From the NCBI GenBank assembly GCA_964014485.1, contig CAXHAT010000130.1, positions 1-23,344 on the forward strand: a DNA stretch of 23,344 nt, read 5' to 3'. Position numbers and translations under genes: made by a program. Of the stretch, positions 9,371-17,644 are shown in pieces (position 1 is the first letter of the stretch; every line of letters starts with the position of its first letter). Origin of the DNA: an uncultured Deferribacteres bacterium (GTDB taxonomy: Bacteria; Zhuqueibacterota; Zhuqueibacteria; Zhuqueibacterales; Geothermadaptataceae). Under the pieces are notes generated by a model. It did no database searches. It was given only the letters and a program-made list of their open reading frames with translations, and was not told where the DNA came from.

Positions 9371-12298
9371 ATGAGCAAACCTTCGCCTTCGACAAAATGG
9401 TTCGCTTTTCTATTCATCATTTTACTGCCAATCGCCGCGTTCATTTTTTTGCCAAAACGGGACGAGCCGGCTAACCTGCCTGATTACGTCGATTTCAACT
9501 ATCACATTCGCCCGATACTCTCACAAAACTGCTTCGTTTGTCACGGTCCCGATGAAAGCACGCGCGAGGCTGGGCTGCGACTGGACGCTTTCGAACACGC
9601 AACCGCTGTGTTAGAAAGCGGGAGAGCGGCTGTCATCTCCGGAAATTCTGGCGAAAGCCTGCTTGTTGAGAGAATCTCCGCCGACGATCCAGAAGATCGC
9701 ATGCCGCCGCCAAAAGCGAAAAAGACCCTGACCGCTGAAGAAATCGCCTTGATCAAGCGCTGGATCGATCAAGGCGCCGAATGGAAAAAACATTGGGCTT
9801 TTATCCCGCCGCAACTGCCGAAGTTTCCGGAGGAGTTGCAAGAAGCGCCAACCGCTGAAATCATCGATTATTTAATCGACCAAAAACTTCAGAACAAAAA
9901 ACTCACGCCTTCTTCTGAAGCGGAGAAAAACGTTCTTGTCCGTCGCGCTTCTTATCTTTTGACCGGGTTGCCGCCGAGAATGGATGATCTTTCAAAATTT
10001 GGGGCGGATTCCACGGATCAAGCGTGGGAGAAGGTCGTCGAGCACTATCTTGCATCCCCGCATTTCGGTGAACGCTGGGCGCGGCATTGGATGGACTTGA
10101 TGCGTTACGGCGAAACGATGGGGCACGAATTTGATTATGAAATCACGGAAGCCTGGCGATATCGCGACTATCTCATTCGCGCTTTTAATGCAGACGTGCC
10201 TTACGATTTGTTCGTCAAAGAGCACTTGGCGGGAGATCAGCTAAAAGAACCGCGTTTTCATCCGACCGAAGACTTTAACGAATCCGTTTTTGGGACGGCT
10301 TATTTTTTTCTTGGAGAAGGAAAACACAGCCCGGTGAGTACGCGACAGGAAGAAGCGGATCGCATCGACAATGTGATTGACGTGACCTCGAAAACGTTCC
10401 AGGCGCTCACGGTGAGTTGCGCGCGTTGTCATGATCATAAATTTGACCCGATTCCGACGCGCGACTACTACGCGATGTACGGCATGATTGAAAGCTCTCG
10501 AATCACGCCGCTTCCAGCGCGAAAATCCAAAAAACAACACGCGATAGTCTTGGAGTTAAAAAAGCTGAAGCAGGAAATCCGCGCTCACTTTGCCCGTGAT
10601 TTTCCCGAAGCAAGCGCCGCTGCTTCAGAAGCTCCGCCTTTGGCGCCGTCTCATGATTTTGTCATTCTAGGAGATTTTAGAAACGGCGATTGGGGCGATT
10701 GGCATGCAGACGGTTGGGCTTTCGGCGAGACTCCCTTGAAAGGCGAACCTGTGTTTAACGTAGACTCTGCAAAAGTAGAAGAGATTATAAACGGCGTCGC
10801 TTCAAGTCGCTATTTCAAAAAAGGCGTGCACGGGGCTTTGCGCTCACCAAATTTTGTCATCGAACATGACTCCATCTTTGTCCGAGCCGCTGGAAAAAAC
10901 GGGACGATCCGCATCATCGTTGACAATTTTCAATTGATTCAAGATCCGCTCTACGGTTCGTTGCAGCAGGTTGTCAAAGATTCAACGCTAAAGACGTACA
11001 CTTTTGACCTTTCTCTGGTGCAAAACCGCAAAGCGTATCTTGAATTTTTGCCAGGGCGTTACGACAAGCACGTTTATCATTTAACGCCGGAAGATTATAT
11101 CGAAGTGGAATTTGCAGCGGCTTTCAATGATTCACTGCCTGATTTTTCCGCTTCTTCGGAGATTGAAAAAGCGATTTCACAAGATAACCAGCGCTCAATG
11201 TCGGAAAAGTTAAGAGCGCTTGTTTTCCAATGTGACAGCCTTGCTTCACAGCTTTATGACTCGACGCGATTTATGGGGCTGACTGAAGGCGAGGCGATTC
11301 TTAGCCCCGTTTTTGTGCGCGGCAGCATCGCTCAGGAGAGCGATGAGCGCGTTCCGCGACAATTCCTTTCCGCAGTGGACGCCGTTGATTTCGATTTCCC
11401 GCAGCACGGCGACGGCAGGCTGGCCTGGGCGGAAGCCGTGGTCGATCCGCGCAATCCCTTGACGGCGCGCGTCGTGGTCAATCGGTTATGGCGACATGTT
11501 TTCGGACGGGGGATTGTTTCAACGCCTGACAATTTTGGTCTGCAAGGTAAATTGCCGAGCCACCCGGAACTGCTCGATTTTCTGGCGCTTCGTTTTGTTG
11601 AAGACGGTTGGTCGATCAAGAAAATGCTGAAAAATATACTGCTGACGAGCACATTTCGACGTTCAGCAACTGCTGTCGAAACGAATCGAAAGCTCGACCC
11701 GCAAAATACTTTTCTGCACCATTTCCCGGTTCGCCGTTTGGAAGCTGAAGCGATTCGTGACGGGGTTTTGGCGGTTTCAGGGAGATTGGATTCAACAATG
11801 TTTGGCAAGCCCGTTCCGATTCATCTGACGGACTTCATGAAAGGTCGAGGTCGCCCCGCCGCTTCCGGCCCGCTGGACGGCGACGGCAGACGCAGCATTT
11901 ACATTGCTGTGCGCCGCAACTTTCTCTCGCCGATGATGCTGACCTTCAATGCGCCCTCGCCGATGACGACATTCGGTAGTAGAAACACAACGAACGTACC
12001 TGCACAATCCTTGATGTTGATGAACGATCCGTTTGTACATCAGCAAGCCGAATATTGGGCGAACCGGTTGCTTACCTCTGGGGAAAATACATCGATAAAA
12101 AAACTTGTCGAAGAAATCTATTTGACCGCCTTTTCACGAAAACCGACTGAGCCGGAGCTTTCAAAAGCGAAGACATTTTTGCTAAAACAGGCAAAAAATT
12201 ACGACATAACCGATAACGAACTGATGCAGAGCACACAACTCTGGGCAGACTTCTGTCACACCATTTTAAACCTGAAAGAATTTATTCATTTGCTTTAG
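9371..12298 (+). CDS. Planctomycete-type cytochrome c / DUF1549 / DUF1553 (PSD1) domain protein
   Basis: N-terminal anchor. [16 protein letters not shown] heme motif, [55 protein letters not shown] and TNVPAQSL. Confidence 0.93.
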   Translation: MSKPSPSTKWFAFLFIILLPIAAFIFLPKRDEPANLPDYVDFNYHIRPILSQNCFVCHGPDESTREAGLRLDAFEHATAVLESGRAAVISGNSGESLLVERISADDPEDRMPPPKAKKTLTAEEIALIKRWIDQGAEWKKHWAFIPPQLPKFPEELQEAPTAEIIDYLIDQKLQNKKLTPSSEAEKNVLVRRASYLLTGLPPRMDDLSKFGADSTDQAWEKVVEHYLASPHFGERWARHWMDLMRYGETMGHEFDYEITEAWRYRDYLIRAFNADVPYDLFVKEHLAGDQLKEPRFHPTEDFNESVFGTAYFFLGEGKHSPVSTRQEEADRIDNVIDVTSKTFQALTVSCARCHDHKFDPIPTRDYYAMYGMIESSRITPLPARKSKKQHAIVLELKKLKQEIRAHFARDFPEASAAASEAPPLAPSHDFVILGDFRNGDWGDWHADGWAFGETPLKGEPVFNVDSAKVEEIINGVASSRYFKKGVHGALRSPNFVIEHDSIFVRAAGKNGTIRIIVDNFQLIQDPLYGSLQQVVKDSTLKTYTFDLSLVQNRKAYLEFLPGRYDKHVYHLTPEDYIEVEFAAAFNDSLPDFSASSEIEKAISQDNQRSMSEKLRALVFQCDSLASQLYDSTRFMGLTEGEAILSPVFVRGSIAQESDERVPRQFLSAVDAVDFDFPQHGDGRLAWAEAVVDPRNPLTARVVVNRLWRHVFGRGIVSTPDNFGLQGKLPSHPELLDFLALRFVEDGWSIKKMLKNILLTSTFRRSATAVETNRKLDPQNTFLHHFPVRRLEAEAIRDGVLAVSGRLDSTMFGKPVPIHLTDFMKGRGRPAASGPLDGDGRRSIYIAVRRNFLSPMMLTFNAPSPMTTFGSRNTTNVPAQSLMLMNDPFVHQQAEYWANRLLTSGENTSIKKLVEEIYLTAFSRKPTEPELSKAKTFLLKQAKNYDITDNELMQSTQLWADFCHTILNLKEFIHLL

Positions 12299-12367
12299 TT
12301 TGTTTCCTGGAATCGTTCTGTCAAGTAACTCTCTACCTGACGCTTTTTACGAATTTCCTGAACAGGT

Positions 12368-12662
12368 TTAGCTGCATTGGAAAATAAAGCGCCATCGCCA
12401 TGCAGATTGCCCTTGCTCGGTCTTGCCGGTCTCGTAGATGGTGCAGATGTTGGGATGATCGAGGGCGGAAGGAGCTTGCGCTTCTCGTAAAAAGCGCTCT
12501 TTGGCTTCGGCGTCGCGCTCGAGGTATTCCGGCAGGAATTTCAAGGCGAGTCGGCGCTTGAGCTGCAAGTCTTCAGCTTTGTAAACCACGCCCATGCCGC
12601 CTTCACCTAAGTTTTTCCAGCAGCTTGTAGCGCTGAGAAATAATTTCTCCGACTTCCCGCAT
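12368..12662 (-). pseudogene. Truncated, frameshifted Ser/Thr kinase N-lobe remnant
   Basis: ATG at 12662 reads [17 protein letters not shown]. One extra base near 12611 puts [14 protein letters not shown]...ALKFLP...[20 protein letters not shown] in another frame. An apparent second shift follows EQGQ (ICMAMALY in the shifted frame). No HRD or DFG motif remains. Confidence 0.85.
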
Positions 12663-12792
12663 TTTTGTAGAAGGTTGGTGAAACCGCCTTGAAAGTGAGT
12701 TTATGTAATGTGTGAATTCGAAGGAAAACTGCAACCAAAACGGGCTGATTTAAACAAGCTGAACGCCTGTGAACAACATTTCACGAAGGAGC

Positions 12793-12820
12793 GACTCCGC
12801 GAAATTTACTCACGGAAGTC
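12793..12820 (-). terminator. Hairpin just after the OsmC-like gene stop
   Basis: Minus strand GACTTCCGTGA-loop-TCGCGGAGTC begins 2 nt after the stop codon. It lacks a good U-tract. Confidence 0.3.
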
Positions 12821-12822
12821 AT

Positions 12823-13290
12823 TCACACAAGCTCAAAAGAAGTGCTGATTGCAATTGAGTCTTTGATCGATCGTGCGACCGGGCAAAAATCGGCGTGCAT
12901 ACCGTGGACGCGATCTATGGTTTCTTTGTGAGACGCGTCGGTTTTGAGTTTGTAATCGACGTGAATGCGTTTGATGACCAGAACCTTGCCGTCTTTTTCG
13001 ATTTCGCCGCGAACTTCGGAAATCAAGCGTTTGTCGCTTGCAGATATCCCGCGCGCCTCCAGCGCGCCGCCAAACGTGCCCGTCAGTCAGCCGCCCGCCG
13101 CCGCGACGATGTAATCCAATGTGGTCGCGGTTGGATCAAAAACATTCGGATCAACGCCGTAGTGCTCAGCAACTTCAGAATGCACGCCGAATTTTACCGG
13201 CTCCGGCGTTACCGGCAGCCAAGCGTTGCGCTCCGGACCTTTGATGCGTTCGATGCGGACTTTCGAAGTATAGGCAACCTGGTTTTCCAC
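12823..13290 (-). CDS. OsmC-like peroxiredoxin, probable selenoprotein (Sec at codon 68), 155 aa
   Basis: GTG start with GAGGAG RBS. ORFs 13087-13290 and 12823-13026 are in the same frame, joined by TGA (13087-13089) plus 20 open codons: DYIVAAAGG-U-LTGTFGGALEARG...HADFCPVARSI. The TGA occupies the first OsmC/Ohr Cys position and CPV supplies the second. Confidence 0.85.
13051..13067 (-). promoter_or_regulatory. Putative bacterial SECIS hairpin
   Basis: Minus strand GCGCGC-TGGAG-GCGCGC. The G-containing loop starts 25 nt downstream of the in-frame TGA. Confidence 0.6.
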
Positions 13291-13419
13291 TCGGTTCTCC
13301 TCTTTGATTATCTGAGTAGCAAGGTCTTTTTCAATCAGTTACTTGGGTACGGAATGCACGATTCATCATCTCCGATGCCAGCAAAGAAAACGCTGAAGCG
13401 TTTTACTCCCAAATTATCG

Positions 13420-14601
13420 TCATCGGCTTTCGATAACCTTGGCCAAGCGCCGAACGCCTTCACGAATATTCTCGGAAGTCGCGTTGCTAAAATTCACCCG
13501 CATCGTGTTTTGAAATCCGCCTTCCACGGCGAAAGCGTTTCCCGGAATATAAGCGACTTTTTCGGCGACGGCTTTTTGAAACAAGGCTGATGCATCAATG
13601 TGTTCCGGCAAGGTAATCCACGCAAACAATCCGCCTTCAGGCTTGGTCCAGAAAGCGCCCAAGGGTTCGAAATGTTCTTTCAATGCCGCCATTAGCGCAG
13701 TGCATCGTTTGGAATTCGTCGTATTCAGCCGCGCCAAATTCGACTCAAGGCCGCCGCTGGTCAGAAATTCCGTCACCGTACGCTGGACGAGTTGAGAAGA
13801 TTCCAAATCGAAGGATTCACGTAACACGGTGATCTTTTCACCCAGTTCTTTTGGCGCGACAATCCAGCCAAGTCTGGCAGCCGGTGCAAGCATTTTGCTA
13901 AAGGAACCAACGTAAATGATTTTCTCCGCCTCGTCAATGGCGCTCAAAAGCGGAATAGATTCGCCCTTAAAACGGAGCGGTGAGTAAGGATCGTCTTCGA
14001 TAATCGGTACTTGGTATTTCGCCGCCAACTCGACGATTCGCCGCCTTTTTTCAACACTGATGGTTACGCCGAGCGGATTGTGAAAATTTGGGATAAGTAC
14101 GGCGAATTTCGGATGCGGGTTTTGCGCGAAAGCTTCAGCGAGCGCATTGACGCTCACGCCGGTTTCTAAATTGGTCGGCACCGCCGTTACTCGTAAGCCG
14201 CGCCCTTGCGTGATTTGGTGAATGCCGGTAAATGTTATCGATTCGATCACGGACGAATCGCCGCGATCCGCGAATAAACGCGAAAGAATCGCGAGACTCT
14301 GCTGGGCGCCGTTGGTGATAAAGATGTTTTCGGGAAGACAATTCACGCCCTGCGAACGCATGTATTCCGCCAGCCAGTCGCGTAAAGGCGCGAAAGGCGG
14401 GCCGTATTGCAGGGCGCGAAATCCGTCTCTCGAAAGCACGCGATCCGTGCAGCTTCTGAGTTCGTCGACCGGCAGACACTCATTCGTGGGCAGGCCTCCG
14501 GCGAGAGAAATAACGCCGGGCTGGACGGCCAATGGGATCAAATCGCGCATGACCGAACGTTTGAGTTCAGTCGCGGTTTTCGAGAGTTGGAACTGGCTCA
14601 T
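13420..14601 (-). CDS. PLP-dependent class I/II aminotransferase (LysN/2-aminoadipate transaminase-like; no GntR HTH)
   Basis: ISLAGGLP, ITNGAQQ, PNFHNPLG, IIEDDPY, GSFSKMLAPAARLGW (PLP Lys), PEGGLF, RVNFS. ATG at 14601 is preferred over TTG at 14613. Confidence 0.92.
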   Translation of the reverse strand: MSQFQLSKTATELKRSVMRDLIPLAVQPGVISLAGGLPTNECLPVDELRSCTDRVLSRDGFRALQYGPPFAPLRDWLAEYMRSQGVNCLPENIFITNGAQQSLAILSRLFADRGDSSVIESITFTGIHQITQGRGLRVTAVPTNLETGVSVNALAEAFAQNPHPKFAVLIPNFHNPLGVTISVEKRRRIVELAAKYQVPIIEDDPYSPLRFKGESIPLLSAIDEAEKIIYVGSFSKMLAPAARLGWIVAPKELGEKITVLRESFDLESSQLVQRTVTEFLTSGGLESNLARLNTTNSKRCTALMAALKEHFEPLGAFWTKPEGGLFAWITLPEHIDASALFQKAVAEKVAYIPGNAFAVEGGFQNTMRVNFSNATSENIREGVRRLAKVIESR

Positions 14602-14616
14602 GTTTTTACCCAATTC

Positions 14617-15270
14617 TCAATTGCTCCAGGCGGAGGGATCAAGGGAATTGTGGCGAGAAATTAGTTTGGTCTTTTCGCCCTTCAACATGTAGTAGTCATC
14701 TTCATAGATATCCCATCGACAAAGATCGACGGGAGTCACTTCCGAGGCGTTAATTGCGCCGGTCATTCCCGCTTTTTCCAGCCCGGCGGCGACCAGCTCC
14801 GAGCAGAAGAACTTTTCGAAATCTTCACTGTTTCGCGTTGGGCCTTTGATGTCCGTCAGCGGCAGCTTGTCCAAAAGATCGAGCGCGGACTTGACGGCTT
14901 GAATCATATCGTACGGCCGTCCCTTGACTTCATTAAACAAGAAATTATAGAATGTTTTGCGGTCAAATTTCTGTTCCCACAAGTTCCGCCGCAGGGGCAG
15001 CCACCAGATTTCTCCGTCGTACTCAAGGCGGTCGCTCAGGCGGTAAACACCAACGCCGTCGTGCCCGGTGGATTCAACGATTTGATTAAAAAAACGGCCG
15101 CTTTCTTCTTCGACAATTTTAGTCTGCAGAACAATGCCGACGTGAGAAACCGCGGAGCGTGTTGAGAATTTGATAATTTCTGAAAAGTGGCCTTTACCGC
15201 CAAAAGCGATGACGTCGCCGGCTTTCATTTCTTTGCGCGCTTCCGTGTAGGTAATATGTTGCATTGCCAT
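14617..15270 (-). CDS. Permuted papain-like amidase (YiiX/YaeF-type NlpC/P60, peptidase C92-like)
   Basis: GDVI, SHVGI (His) precede FCSELVA (Cys), which is the permuted order; GRPYD and VTPVDL also present. AGGAG RBS. Confidence 0.85.
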   Translation of the reverse strand: MAMQHITYTEARKEMKAGDVIAFGGKGHFSEIIKFSTRSAVSHVGIVLQTKIVEEESGRFFNQIVESTGHDGVGVYRLSDRLEYDGEIWWLPLRRNLWEQKFDRKTFYNFLFNEVKGRPYDMIQAVKSALDLLDKLPLTDIKGPTRNSEDFEKFFCSELVAAGLEKAGMTGAINASEVTPVDLCRWDIYEDDYYMLKGEKTKLISRHNSLDPSAWSN

Positions 15271-15348
15271 GATTTTTCTCCTGAATAAATAATTTGAGAT
15301 TTACAATTGATCTGAAGCAGCAAGACAGATTGCGTACACGTTTTTTCC

Positions 15349-15810
15349 CTACTTGAATGCCAAATCTTTTTTCAAGGCCGAGTAGTCGTAGCTCGTTACT
15401 TCCAAAGGCGTTCCCCAAGGGTCGCTAAAATATATCGAAAAGCAAATTTCATGATCGACCACAGCGTCTCTTGTCACCGGTTCATTTCTTTTGTCATAGA
15501 CCGCTACATTTTCGATGTGCTTGAGAAAATCAAAGAAACCGTCTGCGGTAACGCGAAAAGCCAAGCGCACCATGTTTGAACTCTGCGAACTCATCGAAGG
15601 AATGCCACGAAATAATGCAATCTTGGTGTTGCCGCCGTCGCTGGAGATCATAAGCGGGCCGCCCGAGTCTTTGGCGAAAAATGCCATATCCTGAACAATT
15701 TTGAGGCCAAGAACGCGCTCATACCAAGCCGCCGCTTTCTGGCGCGAAGGAACCAAAAGCTCTACATGATCGATCTGTTCGACTCGAAAACTTTCAGACG
15801 GCTCGTTCAT
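15349..15810 (-). CDS. VOC (glyoxalase/bleomycin resistance/dioxygenase) family protein
   Basis: IDHVELLV..AAAWYERVLGL, RLAFRV, SIYFSDPWGTPLEV. The likely start is ATG at 15810, although the frame is open to 15897. Confidence 0.88.
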   Translation of the reverse strand: MNEPSESFRVEQIDHVELLVPSRQKAAAWYERVLGLKIVQDMAFFAKDSGGPLMISSDGGNTKIALFRGIPSMSSQSSNMVRLAFRVTADGFFDFLKHIENVAVYDKRNEPVTRDAVVDHEICFSIYFSDPWGTPLEVTSYDYSALKKDLAFK

Positions 15811-15880
15811 TACACGCTTATGAATAATTGTCGAAATGAAGTTGGAAAAATCGCTCATAGAATGAGTATTCTGTTCAATT

Positions 15881-15942
15881 TTGACAAGGCGATTCAACCG
15901 AAGCTATCTTTTCATTGACAAACTTCACTTGCGTTCTATTTT
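15881..15942 (+). promoter_or_regulatory. Two tandem sigma70-like promoters upstream of the ARH-family gene
   Basis: TTGACA (15881)-18 bp-TATCTT (15905) and TTGACA (15915)-16 bp-TATTTT (15937). Confidence 0.45.
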
Positions 15943-16012
15943 GTACAGGATGACGCCATTTCCGGCCCAGATTTTTTGACGCCAGTAGCTTTTCCTCCGT
16001 TTACGAGAGTCA

Positions 16013-17431
16013 ATGACAATGCTAATGCCCCGCCTTTTTTCAACGACGCCTTTTGTCGTCTTCCTGATGTTTGCCGCTTGGTCGTGCGACACAAACAGAT
16101 ATAAAAATCAGGCGGCTCGAGTTGTTGATCCGATGCTGAGTTACAAAAAGTATATCCCAAAGCCGTCGGATCGAATGATCTCCCGAAAACTCTACGCCGA
16201 TAAATTGTATGGATTTTGGCTGGGGCAGTGCATCGCCAACTGGACCGGCCTGGTGACGGAAATGGATAAAATCGGAAATATCGGCGAGATCAAAACGGGA
16301 GCATTCTATACGAGAGACGATTGGGGACAGCCGGATCAACCGAGCATTTGGGGAGAAGGCCAGCCAAGCGCCGTCTCGCCCACGATTGATTTTGTGTTTC
16401 GCGATGAAAATGAACTCTGGGGCGCGGACGACGACACGGACGTCGAGTATATGTATCAGCACCTTCTCTATACGCATCGAACCAGCGTTTTATCGCCGCA
16501 GCAAATAAAGGAAGGCTGGTTGAAACACATCGAAGCGGAAGAGGAAAACTATTTGTGGGTTTCCAACCAAGCGGCTTTCGATCTTATGCGGCAAGGCATA
16601 GTTCCTCCGGAAACCAGCAGCCCGGCAAACAACCCGCATTTTGACATGATCGACGCGCAACTGACAACGGAAATTTTCGGTCTGTTCGCGCCGACCCGCC
16701 CGGACGTCGCGCTCGAAATTGCCCGCTTACCCATCCGCGTGACGGCCAGAAGAGAGGCCGCCTGGATTTCGGAGTTTTATGTGATTTTGCACGCCCTGGC
16801 TTCTCTTGTAGATGAAAAATTGCCGATAAAAGAAAAAATTATGTGGATGGCGGACCATGCCCGCATGCGGCTGCCTGACGATTCCTACCCCGCGAAAATG
16901 TTTGACTTTGTTAAGCAAAAATACCGCGCCAACACCCCATGGGAAGCAACGCGGGACGAAATCTACCAAAGGTATCAGGTCAATCAAGAAGACGGGTATC
17001 ACATAACCGCCAAAGGTCTGCATTGCAACGGCTGTTTTGCCGCGGGAATTAATTTCGCGGCGAGCCTGGTGAGTCTGTTTTATGGTGAAGGCGACCTCAA
17101 GGAAACCATCAAAATTGGCGCTTTGGCAGGCTGGGATTCTGATAATCCCACGGCGACCTGGGGCGGATTGCTGGGTTTCATGATTGGCAAAAAGGGAGTG
17201 GAGCAAGCTTTCGGCAGAACGTTTTCAAACAAGTTCAATATCCACCGAACGAGGCAGAATTTTCCCAACGACGGCGTTGATACATTTGATGAGATGGCTA
17301 GAACTGGCGTCTTTGTTATCGATCGCGTTGTGCAGGAAAAAATGGGCGGCGGCGTTGATCTTGAAAACGACGTCTGGCATATTCCCGATGTTGGATTGCG
17401 CATTGACAGCGCGAAAAATACAATAGACTAA
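16013..17431 (+). CDS. ADP-ribosylglycohydrolase-family protein, predicted lipoprotein
   Basis: KLYGFWLGQCIANWTG N-terminal helix, GADDDTD metal motif, GWDSDNPTATWGGLLG C-terminal motif. Hydrophobic leader ending AWSC. Start is uncertain among ATGs at 16013, 16019 and 16025. Confidence 0.82.
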   Translation: MTMLMPRLFSTTPFVVFLMFAAWSCDTNRYKNQAARVVDPMLSYKKYIPKPSDRMISRKLYADKLYGFWLGQCIANWTGLVTEMDKIGNIGEIKTGAFYTRDDWGQPDQPSIWGEGQPSAVSPTIDFVFRDENELWGADDDTDVEYMYQHLLYTHRTSVLSPQQIKEGWLKHIEAEEENYLWVSNQAAFDLMRQGIVPPETSSPANNPHFDMIDAQLTTEIFGLFAPTRPDVALEIARLPIRVTARREAAWISEFYVILHALASLVDEKLPIKEKIMWMADHARMRLPDDSYPAKMFDFVKQKYRANTPWEATRDEIYQRYQVNQEDGYHITAKGLHCNGCFAAGINFAASLVSLFYGEGDLKETIKIGALAGWDSDNPTATWGGLLGFMIGKKGVEQAFGRTFSNKFNIHRTRQNFPNDGVDTFDEMARTGVFVIDRVVQEKMGGGVDLENDVWHIPDVGLRIDSAKNTID

Positions 17432-17433
17432 CT

Positions 17434-17564
17434 GGTGTTACGCGCTTTGCCCCGGAAGACGCCTTCTACGTCATTCCCGCGGAGGCGGGAATCTAGAAAA
17501 TGGCGCCTACCGCGGGAATGACGATGCAGATTGGTTTTGTATTTTAGAGCCGATGCGTAGCGTC
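17434..17564. mobile_element. 131-bp non-autonomous MITE/REP-like palindromic element with 11-bp flanking direct repeats
   Basis: Perfect 14-bp inverted repeat CGTCATTCCCGCGG (17469-17482) / CCGCGGGAATGACG (17510-17523). Internal ATTCCC-N8-GGGAAT. Imperfect terminal inverted repeats GGTGTTACGC / GCGTAGCGTC. Flanked by ATAGACTAACT at 17423-17433 and 17565-17575. Confidence 0.72.
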
Positions 17565-17644
17565 ATAGACTAACTTTGGTTGATCGACCATTTAACATAC
17601 AACCAGACAATGAAATATAAAATTTACCGTTTGGAGAAAAGTCG

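Noticed and set aside
12823..13290. Reading the OsmC locus as two small genes or a nonsense pseudogene
   Set aside because: The stop is TGA exactly at the catalytic Cys position, the linker is open and OsmC-like, a hairpin follows, and there are no other lesions. A pseudogene remains possible only if the Sec machinery is absent.
12895..13590. 231-aa plus-strand ORF
   Set aside because: Antisense shadow of the OsmC-like and aminotransferase genes, with no recognisable motifs.
14599..14619. Amidase and aminotransferase genes are in the same frame, separated by one TGA (TGA GAA TTG GGT AAA AAC ATG)
   Set aside because: Both proteins are complete single-domain lengths, the TGA is not at a Cys-equivalent position, and I saw no SECIS-like hairpin. 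Same-frame adjacency has a 1-in-3 prior.
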